Source: Tubulanus polymorphus (Eukaryota > Animalia > Nemertea). From it: DNA of 64,000 bases. Position numbers and translations under genes: made by a program. Where the stretch lies: assembly GCF_964204645.1 (NCBI RefSeq), contig NC_134025.1, positions 14,818,001 to 14,882,000 of the forward strand. Reading direction: 5' to 3'. Below are positions 1 to 13,149 of this stretch, piece after piece. Below the pieces are notes generated by a model. It worked only from the letters and a program-made list of their open reading frames with translations, was not told the DNA's origin and made no database searches. The stretch's first letter is position 1. The number at the start of each line of letters is the position of its first letter.

Positions 1-1173
1 GGTGGTCTTGCATACAGTGCGTCACATGCTTATGCCTATCTAATGAGTGCAATTGCTTCTATGATTTTCATCAGCATCATAAAATTATTACGTAGATGTA
101 TGACGTGACTATGGATGAATATCATTGAAAGACTGCAGGTCCAATTGTGAATTGTTTGATATTTATGCTCATAGCTTATGGAAATTTTAAAACTAGTTAC
201 TTAGTTTTAGAAATGTTCTATTTGTATTAGATGATCGATAATTTCTAGACGGCTTATCTCCTATAATACAGACTGTTTTGATAAATCGAACATTGATGAG
301 AATGATGTGTCGATAAAGGTAATGCATGAATTCTTAATGTTTTAGAATGTTTATGTTAAATTTTAATGAACTGTTTTATGAATGATTCCTCTAATAAATA
401 TCTTTATACAGAATTATGAGACATATTCATATTTTTCATCCTTGCTTTAGATATATATGATCAATCTATTATCTCTTGACCTAATAAGGTTGATTTTCAG
501 ACATCTAAGTGACCCTAACAAAATCATAATTTGTAACCACTTCAAGCCAATGTGTCCAAATGGGCACAACTCGTAGATTCCTCGAGAATAAACCGATTTC
601 TTTTCTGTCTATGGGAAATCACTATTTAGGTCCGATAGAATATCCGATGGCAATAAATGATTTTCCTGGGATTATTTCATGTAGTGGTACAAAATGGGTT
701 AACAATGATATTTTCCTCTAATAGACAATTCTGGTAAAATTGAATAGAATAATCTATCTTCATGGGTAATATCGTATCATAGCTGGGTGGTACCGTTTAC
801 AGTTTGATGTTTCATGTCCTTATGAAATGGTTTCAACTTTAGTAAATGCGTTCCTTCATAAATTAATGTTTTTTCTATTCAAAAGAGGCCATTCCCCATT
901 CTTTACTGCCAATATCAATGTGGATATCACTACGCGATTAATACCCTATAGTGCTGAAGATGATTTGAAAATTTTGAAAAATTCCACCACAGTATGTTGA
1001 ATAATGGGAATACCGCTATAGTGCGTCTATACCATGGCGCAGTGTATCGTTAGTTACTAATATTTCACCATGTTTGACAGGTGCTGCCATCTTTCAATAG
1101 AGATAAAAACTTATTACTAATTACATCAATACACCGGAGTGCGGTGTACTAGCAAAATCCGTCACCGATTCTG

Positions 1174-1790
1174 TTGTCTGTGAACTACCATCTGAATTGT
1201 AACATAAAATCAAAGAGTGACCTAATTATAGGTGATGGGGCTAAAGAGTACATGGCAACAACCAAAAGGTTATCTGATAAGAAGAAAGCAGAATTCTACA
1301 AAGTCATTGTTGAATTGTATCAAAAGGAAAGTGATTTTATTAAGGCACAATTCCCTTTGAAAGATAAGCTATTAGCAAATGCAGAAGTAGCCAGTGTTGT
1401 TGATCGCGACTTAGTTCATTTTACATCCTTTGGAGTACTTCATTGAGAAGTATCACTTCATAGTACCTGAGGGTGTAAGTCGTTGCAAATACAGGAAGAG
1501 TTTTGTACGTACCAAATAGAACATCTAAATGACATGATCTTATCTGAGGACCATATCGATATACAGTGGACAAAGCTTGGGGATTTATGTGATCATAATA
1601 AATGAACCAAAGTTCAGTCTTACCAACTGTGATGAGAGCTAATCTAGTAATTCCTCATAGCAATTGCATTAAAGCAGAGACGCTGCAGTCTTTACTTCAA
1701 GTCAAAGTTAACATTGCCGAACCATGTTTTGAGAGGGGAACATTTTCAGGGGAACAACTGAAAAAATCGAAATCTGCCAGTTATCCATAG
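1174..1790 (+). pseudogene. Degenerate C-terminal part of a hAT-like transposase
   Basis: LIIGDGAKEY..KKAEFYK..KAQFPLKDKLL parallels MFVGAKV..KEVYGKV..KKLSLNSKML in the 14506-14907 ORF. The downstream LVIPHSN..ETLQSLLQVKVN resembles the hAT dimerisation region. Broken by stops and frameshifts. Confidence 0.55.
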
Positions 1791-2565
1791 TTAACGTCTG
1801 AGTCCACTACTAGGACACCTGCCATTGATATTAATGCTAATGAAGTTATCTAGTGTACATCTTTAACCAGAGCCCCAAGGGGCACTATGGTCAGCCTGTC
1901 AGCTTTTCATAAAATGGCAAATGATGATGCATTCTGTGGGTTAAATTTGTCAAAATACACTCCCAGCTCAGAGTCAATACCCAATAATTTACACAATACA
2001 ATCGTAGAATACAAAAGTAGCACAGACAGCGACTGGATCTGGCAGGAACAAATACCTCAGATAAATCTTTTCTCTTGGTCTTATTGATTTTAATGCGGAA
2101 TAGAATAGAATTTTCTAAAATTTGCTCAATAAAACAAAATTGAATTAGATTTGATGTTTTTATTTGATCAATAAAGTAAAATTGAATTGAATTTGATATT
2201 TTTTTGCGAAATAAAATTTGATTGAATTTGTAGTTTGAGTACATGGCTAATTAGCATATCAAGGTCATCTATCCGATTTAAGAAAAAGCTATTTTTCCCG
2301 GACTTTGCACAATGGTCAATGATATTTTCTGTAGTGCTAATAAAAATATTCCTCCCAAAAACCAAATCAACTAAAGCTTTCACAGAAATCGATCTTGAAA
2401 TACAATTTTAGATTTTAAAATAAAACCGGAAGTAAAACGGTAGATGATATCACGGGTTCACGTGAACACCTGCTGATTTATGCGGCTAAGCCATAGAGGA
2501 GTCTTTGCTTTCTGATTGGCTTTTCAAAACCAATATTATTGCGATCAGATATTCGTGAAAAAGCT

Positions 2566-3225
2566 GGCTCAAGTCCAATATAGCATTAAATAGTTCCAGC
2601 AGAGACTTATCACATTGGACTGGTATTTGGAATTAATCCGCCAATATTGGACTGATTGAATCTTACGACATTACGCTATAAGGACGTGCGAACATACCGA
2701 CATGCCGACAAATCCACATACCGAAAAACCGACGAACCGACAAACCGACATACCGACCAACCGACAAACTGACAAACCGACCAACCGACAAATCCGTGCG
2801 TGGATAACACTTATATAAAGCGGCTGGAAGCGAGGGGCTGCGTGTTTGCGTGGATTACCCGTATATAAAGTGGCTGGGAATGAGGGGCTGGGTATGTACC
2901 TGGATTACCCTTGTATAAATTGGCTGGGTTTGAGGGGCTGTGTGGTGCATGGATTGCCCTTATAAAAAGTGGCTGGGATCGAGGGGCTGGGTATATGCGT
3001 GGATTACCCGCCGATTGCCCTTATACAATGTGGCTAGGATCGAGGGACAGGGTTTTTCCGTGGATTACCCGTGGCTGGATCGAAGGACTACGAGTATGTC
3101 GGTTCGTCGGTTTGTCGGTTCGTCGGTCAGTCGGTTTGTCTTGAAAAGTACGAAGCCGAATTACTCCTTTTCTAAAAATGTATCTTTGAGCGGGGAACTA
3201 TTCCACGTTATACTGGACTTGAACC
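2566..3225. mobile_element. GG-ended TIR MITE (Merlin- or MULE-like) with internal tandem repeats
   Basis: About 32-bp imperfect TIRs (GGCTCAAGTCCAATATAGC.. / ..GTTATACTGGACTTGAACC). 8-bp TSD AAAAAGCT (2558-2565) / GAAAAGCT (3226-3233). Absent from family A copies 2 and 3. Confidence 0.75.
2798..3080. repeat. 50-bp minisatellite (about 5.5 units) flanked by inverted (CCGACAAA)n / (TTTGTCGG)n arrays
   Basis: TGGAT anchor at 2801, 2851, 2901, 2950 and 3000. 8-mer arrays at about 2695-2795 and, as the reverse complement, at about 3097-3140. Confidence 0.85.
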
Positions 3226-4307
3226 GAAAAGCTCATATAAATTTAAAGAGTAAAAAATAAAAAATTCAGCTACGTAGAGTTTGGAGAATGGATAATGCTT
3301 TAATGAATGATTTGTATGAATATATGCTCAGTTGCACAGTAAAAGAGTCTTTGCTCTGGAAACCATGTCATTTGAATTCGCTCTATTTGTATAGTAATAG
3401 GCTCAGCCTACGGCTGGCCTAATAATTACAAATCGTCGTTGAGAACTTAATTCACAGTAGGCTCCAGCTGAGCAACTGTATAGTAAAATTTGTTATTCTA
3501 TCTATCAATTTTATTACATGTAATTTCAAAGATACTTTACTTTTGTTGAGTCTCACAAGTTTAAATGCTTTGTATGATGTTGAAGTCACAGTAAAAGGAT
3601 CATTAAGTTTGTGTTGCTGTTAAATTTAAAAGTTAGATTTTAACTACCGGGTATAAGTACTTGTTGAAATTTATTGCTGATAAGATGTTGGCATTAACAT
3701 AAATAAATTCATTGTTATGTGAGTCTATCGTTGAGTTAAATAGCTCTTAGGTGTATATGGTGGCCTATCCGACTCTTTAAGACGGCAGTTATAACTCCTG
3801 CCTTTCAATTCCTTTGTATTAGCAAGTTCGTGAATTTCATATGTGAATGGCTGATTCTTTGTGAATGGACTAGAACAGTTAAACATAAAGTGTGGACAGC
3901 AACCTCGCATTGACTTGACTTCTCATGTTTGAACCATGTAGTAGAGATGAATTGAGCTTTTAGACAAATGAATTCTGATCTATTTTGCTTCTTATGAATA
4001 CGATACTTCAATGAACTGTGTACAAATAATTTTAAGAGGAAAATTAGAAACTACTGATTAAGATATTGAAATACTAAAAATTTTGCCAAAGTAAATGTTT
4101 GGAAATGTGTGCTGGATACTGAAACGAGAGGACCATAAGGTCCATATGTTCGAAGACAGTCTTTGAAATTGAGTGGATGCATAAGGCAGGGTTCATAGTT
4201 GTCAGGCCTTGGTCAAAATCAAGACTTATCATCACCTTTGAAAAGTGAAAATCAATAATTTTTTTATCAAATGCGCAAACCATCAACAACTGTCACGCAA
4301 CTGTATA

Positions 4308-4745
4308 CAGGCCTGTACCCAGGGGAACGCACCCCCTCACAATAAAATTTTGAGTTTCACCATTTTTTGTCAAAGAAAATTTCTTGCTCACATACATATA
4401 ACTATGATATAGATATAGACACTGTTATCAAAAAATTTGCAAGTCTCCATAAACGATGAGACACCAGTGTATGTTGTTGGATTATGAGACCTAATGAAAA
4501 CTTATTCTGAAAATGTTTCGAGGATTAATTACATTTTTTCAGTGACATTTTTAAATGAAATATTCACTAAAATTTGAACGAACATGCATTTCTATTTTCA
4601 AAATTGTCTTGTGGGAGGCCCCCTATAACCCCCCCCCCACCTTAATGAAGCTTTGTGCCTACGGCGCTCGCAGTAGGTCCACCGCAAAATCAAATAAGTA
4701 CCACTCTCTCGCACCCACCCAAAAGAGAGGCTGCATACGAGCCAG
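4308..4745. mobile_element. Degenerate CAGG-ended MITE
   Basis: CAGGCCTGTACCCAG at 4308 is loosely inverted to CTGCATACGAGCCAG (4731-4745). The internal GCCTACGGCGCTCGC resembles the hairpin in the 32547 MITE. No clear TSD. Confidence 0.3.
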
Positions 4746-5350
4746 GCGTTCATGACAACACAACCACCCGAATTTCCCAGCGATTAAGCCGACTTGGCAA
4801 ATAAGCTGAGGGCAGTTTTTTTAGCCTAAAATACATGGATTTCATTAAGTTTCGCTCAATAAGCAGAGGCCCTTCATCAGGAGATTTTAATTCACTCAAT
4901 TTGTCTATTAGTTTGTCTTAATTGACGATGAATGAGGCTGACAATACGCGCACGTCTGCCTATGTATGAGAGCGCTGTGTATACACTAATATCATCACCG
5001 AGTCAATGTACTATATATAGACTCGCTCAGGTGATTACTAACACACACAGCAGCCATATAGTACTGTAACCTATATTCACACACACACACGGGGCTGGCG
5101 GACTGCTGACGCGCGTATATACAAATGTATTAGCGACTGGTATTAAATTGACCACAAAGTCAGAATCCATCCATCCACAAAATGTCAAAAAATACAAACA
5201 AATACTAACTTTTTGTTTTTTTTCATAAAAATCAAGACAAATACTGCTGATTTTTTCTTTCTACATATACAAATAAATACCGACTTGGAAGACCCGCTAC
5301 GAACCCTGTAAGGGGATGTCAGTTTTATCAGTAAAAAGAATTTACGTTTC

Positions 5351-5885
5351 CAGGGTTTCCGTGAGGCTTTTTTTTAACCATTAAATGGAAATTTTCGCCC
5401 AGCCAAAAGTGGTCCTATTTTCCCCACATCCTGAAAAATTCTTTAGAGGATTTGTGAAAATAAATTTTTTTTTGTTCGTTAAAGCGTTCTTTTTATATTT
5501 TAGTTTATTTCAATTTACGATCTGTTTCCGTAATAAAATGCGTGGCTGACGATGTAGTGAGTAATAGCGTAGTGTAATCATCCATGTTCCTTCCCAACCT
5601 ATTTTCCATAATGGTATAGTCTACACACTAGCCAATGAAACTGTGCATAGGCAGTGTTCTCTGTGTGTGACACTTCAATGAATGAAGTTCGTGCCGTGGT
5701 ATTTTTAATTACGGCAAAGACCACATGAAAACATTAGAATGCACTTGAAATGGCTCCAAAAATCCTCATTACTTCCCCCTTGGACTTCAGGCCTGATGTG
5801 TTCGTCTTGGCACAGATGCACGCCTGTAAAATATTTCCCCAATTAAGAGTAACAGAAGTTTTTCAACCAGCTCACGGAAACCCTG
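5351..5885. mobile_element. hAT-like MITE with 6-bp TSD
   Basis: Perfect 15-bp TIR CAGGGTTTCCGTGAG / CTCACGGAAACCCTG. Direct repeat CGTTTC at 5345-5350 and 5886-5891. Confidence 0.85.
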
Positions 5886-7451
5886 CGTTTCTTATTACAT
5901 CTTTTTTTTACGACGGAGCACGCCGAACAGGTTATTTTTCGTCAGTCAATCTGAGTCGGCCTGTGTTTTCAGGACACAGCCGCAATACTCGGGATATTCC
6001 TCCCGAGTACAGCATCTTCAAATGGCGCAGTTTGCGTAGATATATGTGATATTGGCTAGCATTACTGATGATTTTCATGCAGAAAATCCCTCACTCGTAG
6101 TACTTTCAAGAAATAAAATCCGGGCTAGCGACAAACCCGCCCCGCAGAGACAATAATCTATCGATCTCTCTCCCAGTCAGTGTGAACCATGAACTGCACA
6201 GTTGCTATGAACTACTTTAGAATGTATCAGTGCGCGAGCACCTGTGAGGATAGTGATGGGGATTACACTTCATTACCAGGTAAAACCGATCTAAACAATT
6301 CACTGACAAGTAAGCCCTTCATGCGCCACAAAACTTCCCGTAAATCATCACGATTTTGGCAACCTAAATAATACAGGCTATAATAGTCATTGCTAGGATC
6401 ATAGATACAGGCAAATGACGTGTTACAGACAATGTTTGATTGGATTATCAGTTCTATATCGATACAGCATTATGTGACTATATCCATGGCAGTAGAGATA
6501 CTATGGATGTTGTTCGGTCAACTACTAGCGACGATGTCTATATGGTTTTCGACCATTTCATCTTAAAATACTGAAAGTGGTTATACCTATGTTGGCATGT
6601 ATGTCTATGTATTTTTTGTAGTTAGTGCCAAGCAATGGGAACTGACGGACACATCATTGTCATTTTCACAAAAAGAATGTAAATTATCGGTACCTACCTC
6701 TCGACTTGTGTGTATGCATCTGCACCATTCAGTAATAATAATCTATTAGTAGGGAAGCTATTTTTTTCCAGGAAAATATGATTATATCTTACAAGCACAA
6801 TATTGGATTTCATCTATTAAGAAAATAGTTAGTTTCAGACTAGTGCGTTAGAATATGTAATGGTTGGAAGATCTTTTTCAGTGCATCTATATGTGAACGT
6901 AATTCAAAATCAAATAATTGAGATGTGTGCTGTAGTTTGAGCCTCCAAACGAAAATTACATCACATGTCACTTCACAGCCCAAAATAGTATGGGAATCAG
7001 CCTCCTGGGCCAAAATAAGACATCCATGAATACTATCATTGTACCCTATCAAAAATGTGCTAATTTCTCTTCCTAGAGCGAAAAAAGTATTTCTTAAAAA
7101 TTCTATAATGTTACACCTAAATTAAGTTTCTACATACCCAATAATAAGGAAACAAAATGGAGCAATGTGGATATTTATCATAACCGCTGCTAACCAAGTC
7201 AATAACGATGCTGCAGTACTAGGATATAGGCTGAAGAGCAGTGATTCCACAGTCTGTAAATAGAGCATCATATCATATTACAATAATTCTGGTAAACATG
7301 ACATCTTTTAACAATTTGGGTTATAGATCAACACCCTCAAGACCTACCGACAAATGTACGCGTATATAGCTAAAAACTGTATCATTTATCTTGAGGTACA
7401 AATTTTTAACAATATAATTTTAGAAAAAGGAATAACCGCAAAAACAAGATA

Positions 7452-8846
7452 CCATATTTTCCAGTGTATAAGTCGAGTTTTTGAGATGAAAAACCATGTC
7501 CAAAATATGTAGGTCGACTTATACACTGGCTACACTTTCGATATTAGACTACACTCATATACCAATTATAATTGAGGATGTTGATAAAATAGTTTTTTAT
7601 AGTTTGGAAATGTTTCAAAATTAATCAATGTTAAAAATCAAGCGAGAATTAAGATGTGTATTCATTGTGCAGTACTTACATAAGCTGCGCTGCACCAATA
7701 ATCAATACACAGCAGTCTTATACTTGACTCAATGTATACACAATACATTCAACATGTGGATACAAACTATGAGCACTAATCCGGTAATTTAATGTTAGAG
7801 ACAACAGATCCCAATCATTAATTGCAAATACCAGTAGAGACTATGAACTACTATGAGAATGACCTTAGCACTGTTTTGAAAGTGACTTCTGTAAACACAC
7901 GAAGAGGCGACTCGACTTATACACCAACTATAGCCTTAGTACAGTGGAACCTCGTTCTAATGAACCGCTGGGGGAAGAATAAAAAGTTTGTAATATCCGA
8001 TAGTTTGTTAGATCCGATTCACATCATTTATGTATGAAAAGAGAACACTTCCCTGGTGTGATAAAACACAAACCAACTGGTTTCATTAGAATCCAACAGG
8101 TTTTATTGGTAGAAGGCCTACTATTTATGTATAAATACTATCAGCTAATAAATCGATAATTGACAACTGTAAACAATGAAATATAACATAAATTGAAACC
8201 GAATTCAGATTTGCTCTCCGTTGACTTTGAGTGGCAAATACATGTGTTGGACACATGAGTCCCTCCCAGGTGATGCGATGGAATGAGAGCAAGGAAATGA
8301 ATGTAACAACGGCATGCCAGTTAAAACGTCAGAACAATTCTAAAACTTCAGAGCATTTAGTCCCTTTTTCAATTTCTCTGATGGTCTCAATCATTTTGCG
8401 AATTACGTTTTCGTCAAGGACGCCTGTATATCACTGTAAGCAGGCTAGAACAATGACCGACTACCGTTCTACAAATTGTAGCAGCCAGCAACATATAGTA
8501 AATCTGTATCGCTAATCTAAAACAAATAAAGCAATACTGTCTCTCGGTTTGAAGCTTACGATAAATAAACAAGTAAGACTGATCAAGGCTTGGCGATCGT
8601 TAGAAATATGTAATAGGACTCAAAAACTAAGGTCGTTATAACCATAAGTTCATTAGAAAAGGGGTTGTTTCCGATGAAATTCATCTGTAAATGAGAAGGA
8701 TTTGGCCGCAGATTTTTTTTGTAAGTAACCAGCGATGGTTCGTTAGTTCTGAGGTCATTAGAATTAGTTTCCACTATACATCTTTTTAAACTGAAAATTT
8801 GACTTCGACTTATACACTTGGTTGATGTGTAAACCAGAAAATACGG
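7452..8846. mobile_element. Tc1/pogo-type non-autonomous element (CCGTATTTT-type ends, TA flanks)
   Basis: TA|CCATATTTTCCAGTGTATAAGTCGA ... AAACCAGAAAATACGG|TA, with repeated CGACTTATACAC subterminal motifs at about 7515, 7913 and 8807. Confidence 0.65.
7942..8776. mobile_element. Tigger-like MITE nested in the previous element
   Basis: TA|CAGTGGAACCTCGTTCTAATGAACC ... GGTCATTAGAATTAGTTTCCACTA|TA: imperfect TIR with TA flanks. Confidence 0.6.
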
Positions 8847-9939
8847 TAATCTTTTTCAATGAAATCTCATCAATTGGATCATATTTGAAAGCTTTTTCAT
8901 TTTAATCATTGTTTGTGACAAAACAATGAACTCTTTATCAGTGTCTTTTCCTGTATTTGTGGAAGACACTATATTTCGGCCCATGAAATACTACATCTGT
9001 ACTATCAACTCTTTGTCAGCCACACCTATTATTTCAGGAAATGCTGCATCTTGCCAGGATTTCCATGTTTTCCACAGATTTATAAAACAAAAACTAGAAG
9101 AGAAATTATTATATTAATTTCATTTTGTTCATCTGGTCTTGCTTTTTCATATAAAACCAGCAACATTTCTTCTAAGAGTGATACAATCTGTATCACCAGT
9201 GCAGAGGGGTATTTTGCAGAAAATATTCCCATTCATGCGTGTTCAGACCCATATCAATAGATAATATAACTAACACACTGCATAGAATGACTGATTATAA
9301 TGTTTTAATAGTAAAAGGCATTAAACTAACTCGTGTCGTCCGATGAATTCACCATTTATCGTTAGCATTAAGAAACTGGTCAACCAGTACTGTTTTGGCA
9401 GGCAAGGGATGGGAAATATCGAGGCAATGAGTTAAAGAAACAAACTGCCAGAAAGAGCGCATTAGAAAAGCCGTTTTATTTCATTAAGCTCACTTCGATC
9501 TACAGATACTGCATGGGAATTTTGATGAATCAATGTTACAAAAGCTCTGTCGTGCCGTAAACATCGAAATTGAGCCCCATTCAATGAGGCGACATGTTTT
9601 TTATTAGAGTCGTCATCCGAAATCATCCACAGGCTGGTCCTCACTTCGATTATCAATTCAAGTATAAATAAACAAATTTATTGCCGCAAGTCTTCACATT
9701 CAGTCGCCGTCTTCAAACAGTTACCCATATTCATCATCGGTACACTTTAATGATCCACATGATATTTACTACTCTGAATATTATAGATATTATAAGCACT
9801 ATTGAGCTAAAAAGATCGATAATCAACGTGTGTCTTTAATCGTCGTTCCGCAGATCTGCTGTGATTTTTCCTTGCCATGAGAGTCAAATCATCAAGTACA
9901 AATAAATTTATTACTCCCAGTGATTTGCCCACGGGCTTC

Positions 9940-11400
9940 AAACAGTTAGTTTTACAATATTATATTTTCCTTTACCAAATTAACCGGATATTTACTACGA
10001 TAAATCATTTAAGTACCGCGAGTCATAGGCCTAAACTAAACAGGCCAAACAGATTCAGCAGAGAAAAACTGTAGTGTTGATGAGGTATCAAAATAAATGA
10101 ATTTATTACTACAGTGATTTGGCCCCGGGCTTCGACCATGCATCAGTATTCTTCTTTTTGTACAGTACATACCGATCTTTTCCAAATTCACGGGATATTT
10201 ACTAAATACCTGTATATGACATATAATTATCCGTCGGAGAAAAGCTGTTGTGTCGACGAGGTATCAAAATAAAAGAATTTATTAGTTGATTCGGCCGCAA
10301 GCTTCAAACATTTATCAAAATTCAATTTTCCCTACAGTACATACCGATCTTTACCAAATCCACAAGATATTTACTAAATACAAGTATATGACACACTCTT
10401 ACCCGTAAGCTGGACTCACGCTTGTATTCAGAGTTTGTGTTTGCCACGGGGGATAGGAGATCATTTTTAGGCCGCTTGAAATGTTCATTGAGTTGTACGG
10501 GACCTTTAGGCCTACCGGTTCTTAGCTTTATTATATCAAACAAACACATGTAATTCAAACAAACACATGTAATTGTTGTGATAATTATACAAAACAAAAT
10601 TTGCAAAAAAAATCTGGCAACATTGCTGCGATGTACAAGATTTCTTCATAATCGAAAATGAAATCGAGTTTACAAATTTAATATCCCAGAGACCTATCCC
10701 TGTTAAATAAGGTGTAGGAATACGATGTTAAGGAGGGTTGAAAATCAATAGGCCTAAGACCAGTCCATCCAGATGTTAGGCCTACGCATATACATACGCC
10801 TATGTAGGCTAGTAGCCTCTACTAGGTTACATAAAGCTAAGTTCACTATAAAGGAGGAATCAGATTTATTCAAATGCATGTATTAGTGATTAACTGGTTC
10901 TGACTTCCATTGATCAATCACAATTATCAACGATATTTTATCGGCAAAAATGAAGATTTTTTTGAAAATTTTGTCCGAGCAGACAGCTTTATAAACCAGA
11001 CTTTTCATTGACTTTCTTCCTCATTAACACTTTGCCTGCCAGGCCTATTTTTCAGGAAATACTGCGCTTTGTCAGGATTTGCGTGTTTTCAGAGATTCAT
11101 AAAACAAAAACTAAAAGCGATATCATCATAAAATAACTGGTGTTGTGCGATGAATTCGCCATCTATCGTAAAAGTTAAGAAACAGTCAACATACCAGTAC
11201 AGTTTTGCCGGGAAAGTAATGGGAGATATCGAACATACCAGTACATTTTTGGAAATTGGTATTTCATTAATTCCTATTGACTTAAGGTACTGTAGAGCCC
11301 CAGAATGGTCTCTTTTTCGTTCAAAAAACCTTTCGCTCGAAATTTTTTTCGTCAAAACAAAAAATTTTTTCGTTCGAACCAAAAATATTTCCTTCGATTG
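9940..11400 (+). repeat. Left arm of a long imperfect inverted repeat
   Basis: Colinear blocks are reverse-complementary to 13150-14210, e.g. AAAGCTGTTGTGTCGACGAGGTATCAAA (10241) vs TTTGATACCTCGTCGACACAACAGCTTT (about 14072), and AAAGCTAAGTTCACT (10833) vs AGTGAACTTAGCTTT (13626). Confidence 0.8.
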
Positions 11401-12139
11401 AACCAATTTGAAACGATATTCTTATAATGGACTTTCCTAAATTTACATGAGTGTATGTTTAATCAGCATCAAAATTAAACTAATTTCGTCATGAAGTTTG
11501 GCAGAATTTCAGAGAATCCGTGCTCCATGTTATCAAAAAAGCCTGAGATGTCCCCCTTGATTGAATCAAGAAGTTTTCATGAAAATCTGTCTATTGATAC
11601 GATCTCCATCACACACAACTACATGATGATTCATAATGAATATACATGGTAGTGGGTTTTCCCCACTGACTCAAAGAGACACTCTCCACGTTCATGGTGT
11701 AACGATATCTTTTATTTCATATGTACAATGTAGGAAGTTAATGTTAACGTTAGACAATCTATTTTCGTAAATTGAACAATTTCCAAGATTCACTTCCTTC
11801 TTTCCCAATTTTACTGCCTTTCTATAAAATTCACTGCTTTTCACGGCCGGCCGCGACAAACCCTGGCAGTTGAATCATTTGCAAGTTCCAAGAACTAGGC
11901 CACGCCCGAGGCACACTTTTCATATACATGTACAAATCAATACACCACATTGCATGCAGCGAGTCTGTGTCTAGCACGTGTATGGAGCATGAATATACGT
12001 AAAAGGGCATGTGTTTTTTCGAAACGAAATGCTCAAACAACAAATAAATAACTAAATTAAATATAGCTGCAAAGCAGCGATAACAGGTTTTCTGCACAGT
12101 CTTAGAATACCGTTAAACAGTTAACACAGATTTATAAGA

Positions 12140-12600
12140 GGAAGGTTGACAAACAGTCAATTACACCACCTACTTGAAACCATGGACAACTGGACCAGAT
12201 GGTCCTATTTGACTCTGGAAAATCGACTGTTAGGCCATAATTACTTAATGGATTTTGACAAAGCATTTGATAGGTACAGCATCAGCCATTACTAAACAAG
12301 CTATCTGGAAACAGTATCAATGATAGGTCGCTCAAATGGCTCAGCAGTTATCTCTGAACGAAAACAGGTGGCCGAAATCAAAAGAACTCATCTTGGAATA
12401 AGTCGGTCTAACAAGCAGAGTTACGCAAGGTAGTATTCTAAGTCGTCTTCTCGTTAATGCCCTGATAAATGACATACACAGTAATCCAAAATGTACCGGA
12501 CCGAGTAAATTTCCAAAACGACCTTAACACACTGTGTTCCGTACATGGCCAGAAACATGGAAGATGGGCTTCAACCTATAAGGCATGATATGGATATTGG
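12140..12600 (+). pseudogene. CR1/L2-type LINE reverse transcriptase fragment
   Basis: Reads MDFDKAFD..LLNKL..WLSSYL..RKQV..QGSIL..LINDI..QNDLN..WKMGFN across frameshifts. The catalytic ADD segment is missing. Confidence 0.75.
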
Positions 12601-13149
12601 ATACAAAGAAAACCCGGGTTCACATTATACCTTTGTGTTCGAATGAGAAGATTATTTTGTTCGGATAAAGATTACTTATTAAAATAAACAGACTATTAAG
12701 TCCTACCAAAATTTTGCTCTTTGGAACGAAAAATGCTTCGATGAAACAATATATCTGTTCGAACAAAAAAAAACTTAATGTTCTGAAATCTTGTTCTAAT
12801 TAAAACAATTCTGTTTGATCGAACAATACGCTTTTCGTTTGAACGAAAACTTTTTTTCATTCTAACAAAAAATGTGTTCAAATAAAAAGCTATGTTATTG
12901 TTGAAATGAAAAACTTTTGGTCTCCACAAGAAAATATGGTTGAGCGAAAATATTTTTTTCTGAACGAATGTTTGAATGAAACCAATTCTGTTCGATTGAA
13001 CGAAATACTTAATACTTTTGGTTCGGACAAAAAACTTTTTACATTTTACTTGTTCGAACGAAAAACTTAATGTTCTGACAAGAAAATTTTGTTCAAATCA
13101 AAACGATTCTGTTCGATTTCGTTTGGACAAAAAAAATCTGTTCAACTTT

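Larger units (their letters stand above)
1865..3422. mobile_element. Helentron-like non-autonomous element (HINE family A), copy 1, interrupted by a MITE
   Basis: Highly similar to 23677-24377 and 48972-49564. The start has a GCCCC-AA-GGGGC hairpin followed by GGTCAGCC, and the end has the hairpin GGCTCAGCC-TAC-GGCTGGCC, inverted relative to the start motif. Flanks are A-rich with no TSD. Confidence 0.7.

Noticed and set aside
1-423. Possible 3' part of an LTR (AATAAA at about 394, ends ..GAGACA)
   Set aside because: No partner LTR, PBS, TSD or coding sequence supports it within the window.
1887-2087. Recurrent small ORF (SLSAFHKMANDDAFCG..), also at 23600 and 48795
   Set aside because: It recurs because it lies in HINE family A. 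Starts and frames differ between copies and there is no recognisable domain.
2798-3080. Regularly spaced repeats resembling a CRISPR array
   Set aside because: The units are contiguous 50-bp tandem copies without unique spacers. There are no cas genes and the context is eukaryotic.
4074-4200. Minus-strand MHPL..DCLRTYGP..GPL, resembling a CACTA transposase segment
   Set aside because: Too short and degenerate, and no CACT termini were found.
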